A model generated the notes under the pieces. That model was not told the origin of the DNA, made no database searches, and worked only from the letters and a program-made list of their open reading frames with translations. This document shows, piece by piece, positions 38,301 to 50,722 of a stretch of 64,000 bases of DNA; positions within the stretch are counted from its first letter, which is position 1; every line of letters begins with the position of its first letter. This DNA comes from Bispira polyomma (lineage: Eukaryota). The stretch covers positions 41,912,001-41,976,000 of the forward strand of contig OZ287758.1 of the NCBI GenBank assembly GCA_965649765.1, read 5' to 3'. The position numbers and the translations under genes were made by a program.

Positions 38301-41300
38301 ACACAAGAAAATGACTAGTTTGCTATGTGCATGTGTGAAACACAATTTCTTGGCTGCATAATTGCAGTGATGTTACGATCGCTGCTGTAGTTATAGACCA
38401 AGTTTTCTGTCCTTGACAATGCTCAGCTGTAATGACGGTATGCATTAAGAGGGACAGAGTTCTTTTCTAATGGAAATCGTTGTTAATCTGACACAGCAGT
38501 TTATTATGTTCTTTTCAAAGGTGAAATATATATGGCAATATTTCCAAATAATGCTAATCATGTAAGGAAGTCCTTATAGGTTGGCCATAAGTTATATTAT
38601 TGTGTATGGCTATTACATTAATCAATATACAACCACAGACTAAATGGGAAGATGATAGTTTTTCTGATATAGGTGAATTACCATTTGGTCACAGGTCCAG
38701 CAAACCGCTGCTGACATTATATCATATATTACGAATAAACCTCCAACAACCTACCACATTACGATATAATTAATAGTTATTAAAAATTATGACAAAAATG
38801 TTGACTATAAAACCTCCAAAAATGTTTTATTTTACAATTTTATGTAGAAAGGATTGTATAGCTGTTCTATATTTTTTCACACACCCAGAAAAAAGTTGTC
38901 GTCCATGTATGTAGTATGTATAACGTTTTATTAGAAATCCCCCCTCCCTCTTCCAGTTTTCTAGCTTTTGTACTACTGATTCCATTTCCCATTTCCTTTC
39001 CATGGTTATTATGTCGAGAGTTGAATTACTGTTTCCTGCTTGTAAAAAATGGTTTTTAGGCCATTGTTGTGACAATTTTAAAGCCATATTTTTGTAGGGT
39101 AGGTAAAGGTTTGTATTGATGTCTTAAACTTTAAAAACGTATAGTAATTTAAGGTAAATAGACAACTTAGTTGAAGTCCAGTTTAACAGATATTTACGTT
39201 GTGTTCAAATTAATGTAAAAAAAACAACGAAGAAAAAATTAAACCAATGATGACCTGGACACAGACTGTGACAATCAGTGTATGTATATGAGAAAGGAGG
39301 TGTTTGACTTTGCTTTGCTTATACAGCTGTACACTGGTTGTCTTTGTGTTGTTGTTTTAAACGTACACCAATAAAATGATTGCTTTAAGCTCAAAGCATT
39401 CATAATATATATATTGGTGTACGTTTAAAACAACAACACAAGGACAANNNNNNNNNNNNNNNNNNNNNNNNNNNNNNNNNNNNNNNNNNNNNNNNNNNNN
39501 NNNNNNNNNNNNNNNNNNNNNNNNNNNNNNNNNNNNNNNNNNNNNNNNNNNNNNNNNNNNNNNNNNNNNNNNNNNTAAAAAATAATCAAAACAGTAAAAA
39601 AATTTAAAGAAATTATATTCAATATTCAAGCCAAATATTGTGACGAGTAGTATATATGAGACCAGACAAGTGGAAACCCTAGTCACACACACACTCTTTG
39701 ATCTCTAGGATGTGATGTCATTCACTTGTTGTACCAGACAGTCTATACAGATACACACACACTCATAGAATACCATGTGTGTCATGCTGTTTAGTGTGGG
39801 AAAGGACCCTTCCATGAAATCTGACAATCTCAATATATAAAACTTGAACTTATACTATGTCCCATATAATCACACCAAATTAATTTTGACCAGAGAGTGT
39901 GCATATTCCAAATATAAGAGCACAACTCCCAACAGATTCAGAAATTACCCTGTTGACAGGATGTTGCCATGCTTAACTATGGTTCTTCCACTATTCCCCA
40001 TCTTTTCCCAGGATAGCATGATTATGACAATAAGCATTAGCATAATCATGCAAAAACCCTATCCTAAATTTGCCCTTTTACTAAGATCTGCTCCAAATTG
40101 TATTTATTCCTTCTAGAAACCACACCCTCTACCAAGTTTAAGGTGAATTAGTTCAGTAGTTGTGTAATCACCAACAGCATTGATCAAAACATAACTTGTT
40201 TGGCAAAGATGAAAGTATGGTATTTTGCTCACCAGTCCCCTATTGAGATCTAGGGCCTGTTAATACAAAAATATTCTTATTTCAAGAAATAGGAGAAAAT
40301 ACACTTTACTAAAATGGCTAAAAGCGTGTTGATCATAGTTGTCCTTTTTAAAGCAAATTTTACACAAAAAATATAAATCTAAGCATTACTATATTATTAT
40401 TAGTTTATAACATTTTAGCAAAACTTGAGGGCAAAACCCCACAAACCTATTCTTAAAATTTTGAAGAGGAATATCACATTAGTACTGACAAAGTGCATTC
40501 TAGCAAAGAAATACAGACCAGTTGAACCATTGGATGATAGAATAGATGAGCATGATTCTTGATCTAAACAGGTTCTTGATGGTGTATTTAGGTGCATCTT
40601 CTTTGGTTGTAGACTCCTCTTTAGTAGTTGTACTTTGCAGTTTCCCCAACAACCTGATAATATTTACAATACAATAATATAACTTATAGCTTACAGTAAA
40701 ATATTGAAGAATGATGGGGGAGCAGTGGCCTAGTGGTTAGAAGCATTTGATTCTTAACCAATTGCCTCTTACCAATGTGGGTTCAAATCCTGTTTGTTCG
40801 TTCATGTAGGAAAGTTTGTGAGGTACTTTCCATAGACCGGTCGTTTACAGTGCTTCAGCACTGGTTTTTTTAACTGTTAAATCTGGACCTGATATAACAT
40901 AAGCTATTGAAAATGACGTAAAACTAAACTACATTTAAAATTAATTTCTAAAACATTTGACAAGTCATTTTGACAGGTCATTTTCTGCAGTTAACAGTTA
41001 TTATACCCACTGCGGCCTAGTGGGTGACACATCCACATAGGAATACAGACAACCTGGGTTTGATCCGAGCCAAATACCATATGCATTATAGCTCAGATGA
41101 ACACTTCAATTGTGGCCTTGTCTTAATACCAGACTGGAGAATCTTCGGGTCACCTCCGAGCCATTTTCTTCAAGGTAGGGGAATGACAGTTGCTGGTTAC
41201 TTGTGCAGTCAAGAAAAGGTCAAATTCACCTTTTGGATATCAGGTAAGGTGGATAACTGTGCCAATTAGACATTTGAATACAACACTGACCTTGGAATAC

Positions 41301-44300
41301 ACACAGACAAGGTGTAAACTCCATGTTAGGGCAGGTACATTGTGGCTTAGATGATTACTTGAAAATTGTGATTTTCGGATATATGGTGCAGTCCCTAGTG
41401 CTTGGCCAATATAATAAAACGTTTGGGATATTTTAAAACAATTTGAATTGTACTTTTGTAATTGTTTGACTCTTAAATAAATATTTTTTTCCTTTAAAAT
41501 TGATTTAATATCTTAAATTTTATCTTCTACAATTTTCAAAGCTGACCTTAGTTACCGGCCATTTCAATATGGCCTAGTAAAACATCTATTATAAGAACTT
41601 CTGCTAAATTTCAGACAGTGAAAATTTAATAATAAAATTGAATATTTTGATGACAGAAGTTCCTCCTATTGTTCTATAGAGAAATGCCTCTTCTAGTTTA
41701 TGAAAAAAAATTTAGTCTCCCAACATGTTCGGATAAGAGAGGTTCTATTACAATACATATTTTACATGTCATTGATAAAATAAAGTATTCACAAACTTTG
41801 TGAAACCCTTTGTGCTTTTTTTGTTCTTTGTGTCATCATTATCCTGATGCTCATCAGCGTATTGCTTATTTTGGGCCTGAAATGTCTTCAGTTCTTCTTG
41901 GTCTGCAGTAAATATATGTTCTGGGTAAGATATCTTGTTCACCTTGGCTGCTTTGGTCAGAATAGCTTCAGCCTTTTTGTACTTCTTGTTGGCAACTAAC
42001 CATGGTACAGACTCTGCCAGGAACCTTTGGAAGTAAGAGGTTACATGATGGCGTCATTTATCACATTACACTATGGTACAGACTCTGTCAGGAACCTATA
42101 GAAGTAACACATTACACGATGCTGTCATTTATCACATTGCACTATGGTAGACTCTGCCAGGAACCTTTTGAAGTAAGAGATTACACGATGCTGTCATTTA
42201 TCACATTAGACTATAGTACAGACTCTGTCAGGAATCTATATAAGTAAGACATTACATGATGCTGTCATTTATTACATTACACTATGGTACGGACTGAAAG
42301 GGTTAAATATAAGTAAATCAACAACAACAGAGCTGAGTTTACCTACCAGTAAAACACCACAGTCAGTGCAAGAGGAGCAGTGATGGCTATTTGTAGGTGT
42401 CTCCAGTTCCTTATCAGGTAAGCAAGGGGAATGAGGGAAACATAGCCAAATGCCCAGAAGAACTCCACTGCAACCCCAGCTAAGGTTCTCTGTTCTGTAG
42501 GAAACAGTTCTAGACCCAGAATGAAAGCTGTAGAAACCATTCCCTGTGTGTAAGATATATAAATATATACATATATACAGAGTATATTATATATTACTTT
42601 GAAAGATCAATAAAAAGGGTTTGTAGAACAATGTCTATAGATAAAATAATATGTTACTGTTATAGTTGTACCACTATATGCTGCAAGCATGAATTACCTC
42701 AAGAATAATATTTTGAATGACACTTGCCTTCTAAACCCAATAACCATGAATGTTCATGCGATGAAAGATCCATGACGTAGAACCATGGCATTACAGATGA
42801 AAAAAAGTATCATCATTTTTTATCATATCATCATAGAAATAAGATGCTTAAATCTGTGCTCTGGGTGATAATTGGGGTATGAATTAATGTTGCCAGTCCT
42901 TCAGGCTTCAGGACACTAATTCCACCCCATTTGTCATCTTCATTGGCCTAGTGGATTCTAGGGAGTTCCGGGCCCCCGGCTCGACTCTAATACCACTAGA
43001 TTCAATGGTATGTTGTAGGATTATCTAATTTCAGAGAATGAGTACCATGGAGGATGCATGATATAGCAATAGATCCTTGTTAACAAGGATAGGTACCAAC
43101 AATATTGTTACCTGCCCCAGCAATTTTGTATTAGATGCGCTACAAAGCACTCGGGTACATATTTAGTCCCACAATAGTCCTACAATAATATCCACATTTT
43201 GATCAAATTTAATTTATTTTAGTGAAGCTGACCTGTTGCTGGATACCATCAATGAAGCCCAGTATAGTGTACATCCACAGGTTGACTGAGAACGCCTGGA
43301 CAAAGGCAATAACCACATTACTCCACATACAGGCCAGAAAGATGACCTTACGGCCATACGCATCACTGTCAGGAAAGCATGAAACAGAGGACACTTCAAG
43401 GTAATGTTGTTGGGAAGATATATACACATTTAGGTGAGAGGAAAGTATTTCAGAACATTAACTAATAAAATAATATGGGTTCAAACAATCAGGCCAGAGA
43501 GATTATGTTGATGTTTGCCTAGTGGCTTTGATGACCCCTTAAAATGGCCGTCCATCTGTCACTCGGTCCTATCCTCAGTGGCAGGCTAAAGATTCTTGGG
43601 GATGCTGATAAATGGTCAACATCTCTTTAGTTAAAAAAATGACACTAACTGAGGCAGTTGACTGTTGTAGTCAGGAAAGGCTTAATTAGTACTCTGAATA
43701 CTAGATGAAGGTAGATTTTTGCGCTAAGTATAAATCTAATTACAATTACAATGTTACCGCCAAAAAGATCACTGCCAGGAGGCCACAACATACAAGACGA
43801 GACATTTTTTTGAAAAATGGTAGGATATCATTTTGTTTTGGAGCACAGTATGTCAAAACATTGAATGCTGACATAATAGGCCTTGCATGATACAGGCCAG
43901 AAAGATGGTCCTTAAACCAAAAGTGAAGAGGCATGTTATTATAAAAAAAATGGGAAAATATATATTTAAGTGGGAGAAAACAACTTCAAAAGATTGAATA
44001 CTAGGGGAGATATTAGGGGAGGATCGGATAATAAAGTATTTTCTATACATTGATATTAGTATAAATAGCCAGACAAATATAATAGCAAGGTCACCTGAGT
44101 GGGTTATATCAAAATTATTGAAACAAATTAAATCAACAATATAATATGACGACTTCATTTACACGACCGAGTTGAAAATAAAAATTCAAAAATACAAAAA
44201 CAAATTTCATGACACCAAGTATTTGTGTTTAAATTGAAAGTTGATCTTATGGCACATTAATATACCTTTGTCTGGTAATCAAAGTGACTTAGTACCCTTT

Positions 44301-47300
44301 TCTTGACCGCTCAAGTACGACCAACCAGTATCAGCAACCATAATGCCCCATCAGCTAAGAGACTTGATCAGTCAACAGCATTAATGTCACTTAACATAAC
44401 ATTTGGAGATAGGATCCAGTGGCATAGGAAACCATCATTTAAATTGGTCATTTAAATCCAAAATTTACTTTTTTATTTTTTTAATGCTATGTTGTAGGGC
44501 TATATCCCTTCTTAGAGAAAATGTACCTTTGATGGTAGATTTTTCAATTCAGTGCTTAATATAAATACTTCCGATACAATATAAAAAGATCAAACAGACC
44601 AGGATAAATAGTTCTACTTCAGCAGGATTAGCTCACTTAGCAGAGTAGATTTTAAAAAAAAGGCATTTGACGGACTACATATTTGTCTCCGCATAAAAGG
44701 GAAATCGAGTTCTACTAAAGGGGTTTGACGTCATTGAAAATGGTCAGTCCATCATTAGTTTATTTGTTTCTTCACTATGGTAATGTTTAACCAGTCAAAG
44801 TTTACCTGAGCTGTGGAAACACAAATGCCCCCAAGACTCCACCCACTTGGTTGATGGTCATTGACATTTCTACCAGCCAGTTCTTACCACAGACCAGGCT
44901 AAACTGATGTACACAAGAACAAAAAATACAGATATCAACAAAATTTTAATATATAGATTGCATATAGTCTGATATCACACCTAATCGGGTCTCATCCGAC
45001 TTCACAGTTTACACCCTCAGTCTGGGTACTTTCACTTGTCAACCAATTGTTAAATCACACCTCCTTCAGGAAGAATAGTAGCTGTGATGACACATACGAC
45101 ACAAAGACTAACACCATAAGCGGTCAAGTATCTGTTTATAGACCTAGGTTGTAAGGAAAAGTTTGGATGAAATACCTTGTCTAAGGATACTATCTCCAGA
45201 TCTGCAGCAAGGATTGAACCTGGGATCTTATGATCCAAAGTTGATCTTTGTATTTGTTGATTTAGTAAAACCCCCATCTACCCACATTGGCGGTAGGCCA
45301 TTGATTATTAGCAGTTTTGATAATAATAGGTTTCAGTGTATGCACACATCAAAGGTAACATTTTAAAGTAGTAACCGACACAGTTAAAACCCCAGATCAT
45401 CTACATATCAGTGACTATTATGAAGTAGCCTGATTATTTACAACTGATTAAAGCGCTTTCCTTATTAATTACATTGGATACTGAACTAGACTGGTCACCT
45501 AATAAGTAGCAATACGTCACTCCTGACCTCCCACAACTACACTGGCTTTCCAATTCACTCTAGGATTTTGTTCAAAATTCACTTTAAAACATGAAAGGCT
45601 GTAATCACTCAACAGCCCTCCAACATCGCTTCCCTTCTCTCTTTTAGTAACCTTAAGAGAGGCAATAGACTTAAATTTCTGTTTCTTGTGTTAGACCCAC
45701 TAGGAAGGCTGGATCCAGAACTTTCTCCACTGAAGCCCCATTGTTATGGAACAGTCTTCCAGTCGACCTCAGATCAGTAGATGCAGGAAAAAGCTGAAAA
45801 CCTATCTTTTTAACCTAGCCTACCCACCCTAGTTCCCTCCTGTACACCCACCACCCCCTACCTCCCACCCACCCCTTCCCCCTAAGGATGACATTGCTAT
45901 GCCCATGGACTATACAATTGGATCACTGATTCTGCTGTTGCACTTTAAAAAATGTCTAGCATCAATAAAGCATGTTAAAAATGCTTAATAATAGTAGTAG
46001 GACTCTATTCAGAGTACTTACGTCAGTGACGAGTGTAGACTGGTAACCTGAGGCTGGGTCATACCAATAGCCATGCTGACATTCAACTGTAGAGTTATCT
46101 ATGCTGAAATTACTGTGAAAACATTGTAAAAATTGCAATCCAATTAAAACTCAGCTCATATACTTACATCTGGTATTCAGACAACCAATTAACCCCTTCC
46201 TGACTGCAACAGTCAACTGCCTCAGTTAGTGTCATTTGCCTAACTGAGGAGAGAGGCTTGAGGATGACCATTTATCAACGTCCCAAAGGATCTTTAGCCT
46301 ACCACTGGGGATTGGACCTAGTGACAGAGGACTGCCATTTTAAGTGGTCATCTGCGCCACTAGGAAAATGTGTGTACACATTTTGCTCAAGAATGTTATC
46401 CTACCAATGAAACTTACAGCCGGTACTAGAAATAGATCCCAGGATCTTCTGATCATCAGACCAACTCCCTCTTCTGGTCAACAGACCAAGACATGCAACA
46501 TTTATTGTTATTTTTGTGGTTTTGTAGTGTTATTCCTGCAGTAATGACATTTAATTCTTAAGATATGTCTGTGGTTTAATATAAAAATGTCAATTTAAAT
46601 GTCTATTTTAAATATTAAGCATCCTATTAATGGCTATTTATTTAAATAGAAGAAGAACAATGATTGTGGATATGGAAAAATAATGCACCCATCCAATAAA
46701 TTTTTTTCTTTTTTATTTCTTTCTCACAATCTTCCCGATATCTTACAACTACATATGTATTTACGTTATTTGAGGTAGTTGAATATATGTTAAACTTATG
46801 GAAAATTTTCAGGACGTCTGGGCTAAATTTATATTTAGTTGGGTTTTGCGCCGCATTCAACAGATTAGGTCATATTGCAATGGTCAGATTTAAGGGTGGA
46901 ACAAACCAGTTCTGAAGCACTGTGGCAAGTACCTGACAAATGACAGAATTTAAACCCACATAGGTGAGAGGCCGATGATTGTGAACCTAACAATTCAAAC
47001 CACTAGGCCACTGCAACAACCTCTGGACGTCTGGAAGCAAAAGTTTTCTGATGACTATGCAGTTAAAGTTAAAGGTCTATACTGGTTCATCCAATGTCTT
47101 CCATACCTGTACATAAGGCACTGGTCATATTTACATTGCCCTTCACTGTCACAGGTTTGTGGGATAGTCTCATTCACGATACTGCCTTCTGGTACAGCAC
47201 ATCTGTAGTTGGGAGTGTCACCTACATAAATTATGTAATTAAGTGTTTACAGTAAATACAGCCACAACACTCACTGCGATGACAAAATGTGGCTAGGGAA

Positions 47301-50022
47301 AAATGTACTACTTTCTACTGTATTAGTTGATACCCCTAATACCCCCTACATATTAATCTATATATTGGGCTGACTCTAAACAAAGTGTCTTAAATACATA
47401 TCTATGTCAGTAATGACGCCATGCACACGTCATAAACAACTTACGTCACATATTACGTCACTATAAGATCGTTACCACCTCCCAAGGTGAACTGGAAACG
47501 TCATAACGTTACCAGGTGATTGTTTTTACCTAGTCAACCTAGGCTGATTTGAAAATTCATAACTTAGTTGGATTCACAGAGTGAACACCGATCTTTAACA
47601 AACTGAAGAACTGTACTTGGTTTTCCTGTGCTATTTGTCATAAGACATACTCTAGAAGAGCTAGTCTGAGGAGACACACAAAAGTTGAACATTTACACCA
47701 GACATTTAAATGTAACATGTGTGATAAAAAATTCAAAAGGAGTGATTATTTAATTAAGCACCAGAAAACCCGCCATCAAATGGGTTGTGATGATTTCAGA
47801 CAACTTCTGGATTGTGTAGACAACAAAATCAGCTCACCAGAGGAATTACCTAATTTTTCCCTGGATCAGTTCCTGGATCACAGCCCAGATATTACTATAC
47901 AGGCATCCCCATCAGGATATTCTCTGTCTTCAAGTCTTCATGCACCTGGTTGCACTTATGAATCTCCTACCTCCTACCCACCTTTGGTAACCTCTGACAC
48001 TATCAGCTGCCTTACCACAGTCAACATATGTACATAAACGGATGTAGTCTGTATCAAAAGGAATGCTACAGTTACTCATACAGGCGTTAACACCCCCTTT
48101 GTGAGGACCAGGGAAGCCAGCTGCCAGACTGACAACCCCACCTGTGATAGTGGCACTAACACTGACATGATGATTCTGGAAGATAACAGAATAGCACTGA
48201 ACAACAGCTGGGACACCACCCCCACCTCAGCACCTAGAACTCCTACCATTGACAGCTATTTCACCTCCTCATCAGGATCTGATGGATCATTCATTGAGGC
48301 TTGCAACATATTGATCAGCTCCTCACCACCACTTACTCCGGACTTTGAGTCAGTGGCATCTCCACCATCTGTTACCACCAATACCACCAAGGTTCATCAG
48401 TCTGAGGACCCACTACAGTCCTCCCAGTTTGACTATCTCTCAGAATCCTTCCATGAAATTCTGATGAACTTATCCCCACCAGATGATATCATGGCCAGTA
48501 TCAGCAACATCAACTTTGACAGCCTCCTGGATATCAGTTATTAAAATAAATAACTCACCAGGATATTCATTTATTTTCTTCGCCCAGTGGTGTAAGTTTG
48601 TTTTATTTATATATATATATAAATATATATATATAATTTAAAAATATTTTTGCTATATCAACAAAATGACAAAAAAATATTTGATTTAATGTTATTATCC
48701 GTTTTAATTATCAGAATTAGATAATTATCCGGGATAGAGAAATTTCCAATTTCTTGCACATTTTAAGTTTATAAACATTAATTATAAACTAATTAAAAAA
48801 TGCATTCAGTATTTTTATGTGTTTTTTCTGGTCCCCTGATGTGTATCAACCCACACATTACTCACCTATAGTCCTAATTCTCAATAGGTTTTTTTAAGAT
48901 ATGATTCAGTTTATCATTACTCAAACCGTACAACCCATAATTCGTAAGAGTACATATAGTACATAAACGAATTTTGAGTACATTTCTTTGATATATCTAG
49001 AATTATACCTTCTAGCTTGACCCACTTATCCACCAAAATAAGTGTAATCACATGTACCTAATAATGGATTTTTTTTGCCTCCTTATCCAAGTATAAGAAG
49101 GTGTGATCTCATGGTAAAATCTAACATAAAACCAGATTATAACTGCAACCTATGGGGCTACCATATAATGCCCACCATGGATTTTCTGACCTGGCCACCA
49201 CCCCAAGGCAGAAATATAACTTCCTTGACAGAATAAAGGTTCACTTACTAACGGAAGTCTATTTTTAAAGTGTGAACACTAATAATAATAATGATAATCT
49301 TTATTCTCGTATACATGAGACATGATACAGAAAGAAAAAAAAAATACAAACATAATTCACAATTTAAACAAACAAGTAAAAAAAACCTCCCAAAAACCAT
49401 ATATTTACAAACACCAATCAGAATTTAAACAGAAGAAAACTTCTTATGACTAAACATTATTATTAATCGTTTCATTTATCTCGGACAAAGTAAGGATAGT
49501 GCTTTTTGAATCTCTAACATAACATAAATGTAAAATATTTCCCGCAATTTTGCCTTTTTACTCATTGAACTGAGAACTTAAAATAGTGGATACGTTGACT
49601 GAATTTAAATCAACAAGAACCTAATTGATCATTTCTAAAGTTATATTTATAACGGTAGTACACGTAATATGATTCTAACCTATACTTAATTCTACACAAT
49701 TATAGTATTTAATCCTACACTAAATTACACAGATGTTTTAGAGTGAAAATAAAGTGGACCCTAGCCTGGACCCCAACCTATTATTTAATCTATTATAACG
49801 TTGGCTGTGCTTCAGAGTACACATAATTATAGTTGTGACCACCAAATGAAACCGAAGCAATGACATTTAACTCAAATAAGAAGAAAATTACTAACCTATG
49901 AAGACGACTGACATCATCATCCAAGCATAAGGCACGCCAAATCCAAAGGCGTAGATACAATATGACCTCAGCTGCCATTTGCTGAACTTCCCAAGACGTC
50001 TCAGGGCTTGATCTGAATCCAT
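32144..50022 (-). CDS. SLC22-family organic ion transporter, tandem copy B (complete, 12 coding exons, 567 aa)
   Basis: Exons 50022-49896, 47221-47107, 46112-46022, 44903-44806, 43365-43233, 42543-42347, 42024-41797, 40653-40519, 37981-37847, 33853-33774, 33362-33169, 32314-32144 total 1704 nt in one open frame ending in TAA. C-terminal LPETRHEPLPDTIE is the SLC22 signature. Exons 1-11 have the same lengths as in copy A. Confidence 0.93.
33169..33362 (-). CDS. SLC22 copy B exon 11
   Basis: ...GVYVHTPELYPTNMRSVGLGTSSIFARAAHFTAPLFRVL; 194 nt. Confidence 0.92.
33774..33853 (-). CDS. SLC22 copy B exon 10
   Basis: VGRRLSLCIYYIAAGVALMGTVIRIY; 80 nt. Confidence 0.9.
34509..35271 (-). mobile_element. 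Tc1-like deletion derivative with long (~250 bp) TIRs
   Basis: TA|CACT(A/G)GTCAAAATAAAATAGGACT at both ends; internal TMQRHCTECNNLNRVTTHY* resembles a Tc1 transposase C-terminus; empty site at ~10797. Confidence 0.85.
35488..35710. repeat. ~67-bp tandem repeat, about 3.3 units (about 1.3 units at the paralogous 11639-11725)
   Basis: CACATTTTAAACTGGT...TATCTACAGTAGGTT...CTAACTACTAAC. Confidence 0.85.
37847..37981 (-). CDS. SLC22 copy B exon 9
   Basis: FVASLGYNAISLTVTYLPGNRYVNALLYSIIEVPAY...; 135 nt. Confidence 0.9.
39448..39575. other. Assembly gap (128 N)
   Basis: Run of N in intron 8 of copy B. Confidence 1.
40519..40653 (-). CDS. SLC22 copy B exon 8
   Basis: 135 nt; paralog of 4710-4576. 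Confidence 0.9.
41797..42024 (-). CDS. SLC22 copy B exon 7
   Basis: FLAESVPWLVANKKY...; 228 nt; the acceptor is a weak AAG. Confidence 0.85.
42001..42295. repeat. ~71-bp tandem repeat (4 units plus a partial) made of the intron6/exon7 junction
   Basis: Units start at 42001, 42072, 42143, 42212, 42283. Confidence 0.92.
42347..42543 (-). CDS. SLC22 copy B exon 6
   Basis: 197 nt; protein-identical to copy A exon 6. Confidence 0.93.
43233..43365 (-). CDS. SLC22 copy B exon 5
   Basis: 133 nt; protein-identical to copy A exon 5. Confidence 0.93.
44806..44903 (-). CDS. SLC22 copy B exon 4
   Basis: FSLVCGKNWLVEMSMTINQ...; 98 nt. Confidence 0.92.
45580..45990 (+). mobile_element. Old L2 LINE 3' end (paralogous remnants at 17330-17525 and 36470-36755)
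   Basis: LHWL remnant just upstream, ...KLKTYLFNLAYPP*, then an AT-rich tail. Confidence 0.65.
46022..46112 (-). CDS. SLC22 copy B exon 3
   Basis: ...CQHGYWYDPASGYQSTLVTD; 91 nt. Confidence 0.92.
47107..47221 (-). CDS. SLC22 copy B exon 2
   Basis: DTPNYRCAVPEGSIVNETIPQTC...; 115 nt. Confidence 0.9.
47603..48544 (+). pseudogene. Intronless C2H2 zinc-finger ORF with a Ser/Thr/acidic tail, one in-frame stop
   Basis: CAICHKTYSRRASLRRHTKVEH and CNMCDKKFKRSDYLIKHQKTRH fingers. The 47717 and 48101 ORFs share one frame across the TAA at 48035-48037. No in-frame ATG before finger 1 (CTG at 47603). AATAAA follows the stop. Confidence 0.75.
49896..50022 (-). CDS. SLC22 copy B first coding exon
   Basis: MDSDQALRRLGKFSKWQLRSYCIYAFGFGVPYAWMMMSVVFI; upstream acceptor at 50068-50069. 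Confidence 0.9.
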
Positions 50023-50722
50023 CTTATCTTTACAAATTATCTAGTCACAAATATGTCCAGTATTTCTCTGAAATAAATCATGAACACTGTCATTACCTTT
50101 ATTATATCAACGGTGGAAGGTGGACAAATTCAAAATAATTGACATTGAACACAATGTGTAAAACTACTGCATTACAGTGAATATTTTGACAAAAAACAAT
50201 ATTATGATAATGGCTGGTGCATCGAGTTTTAATGAGGCAATGCAACATAAACACTTCTGACTGGCTGTCTAGTTCAAAAATCCTCAAGCTCAACTCAGAC
50301 TCAATTCAAAGGTCTTCCTATCTTCGAGAGATTAGATAACATACATAATATAACTGTATTTTAAGATTCAGAGCTAACATTCCTACTAAAGTAATATACC
50401 ATTTTTGGGGGCCTAATTTGACAAATTATTAATTGCACAAATATTACCATTGTCAGAGCCAAATATGGTATATTACGGTAGAAAAAGGACAGACATAACA
50501 TTAAAAATCATTCAATATTTCTGGGACCGTTTATAATTACCGCTGGCAGTGTACTAGTAGGTCTGATAAGGCTTTCTCAAGTGTCCTAACCTTTGTACCT
50601 TCACTTCATAAATCAAAAAGTCATTATAACAATAGTATCTCATATAGTGCTCCAAAGCTGTTAAATGATCTGCCTTGTGATATTCACTGTGCACCTCTCC
50701 TCACTTACCAGTTTAAAAAAAA

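Noticed and set aside
1-50260. Copies A and B as two haplotypes falsely assembled in tandem
   Set aside because: The introns are substantially diverged with many independent insertions, and a third paralog lies between them. True paralogy is more likely, though read depth would be needed to exclude it fully.
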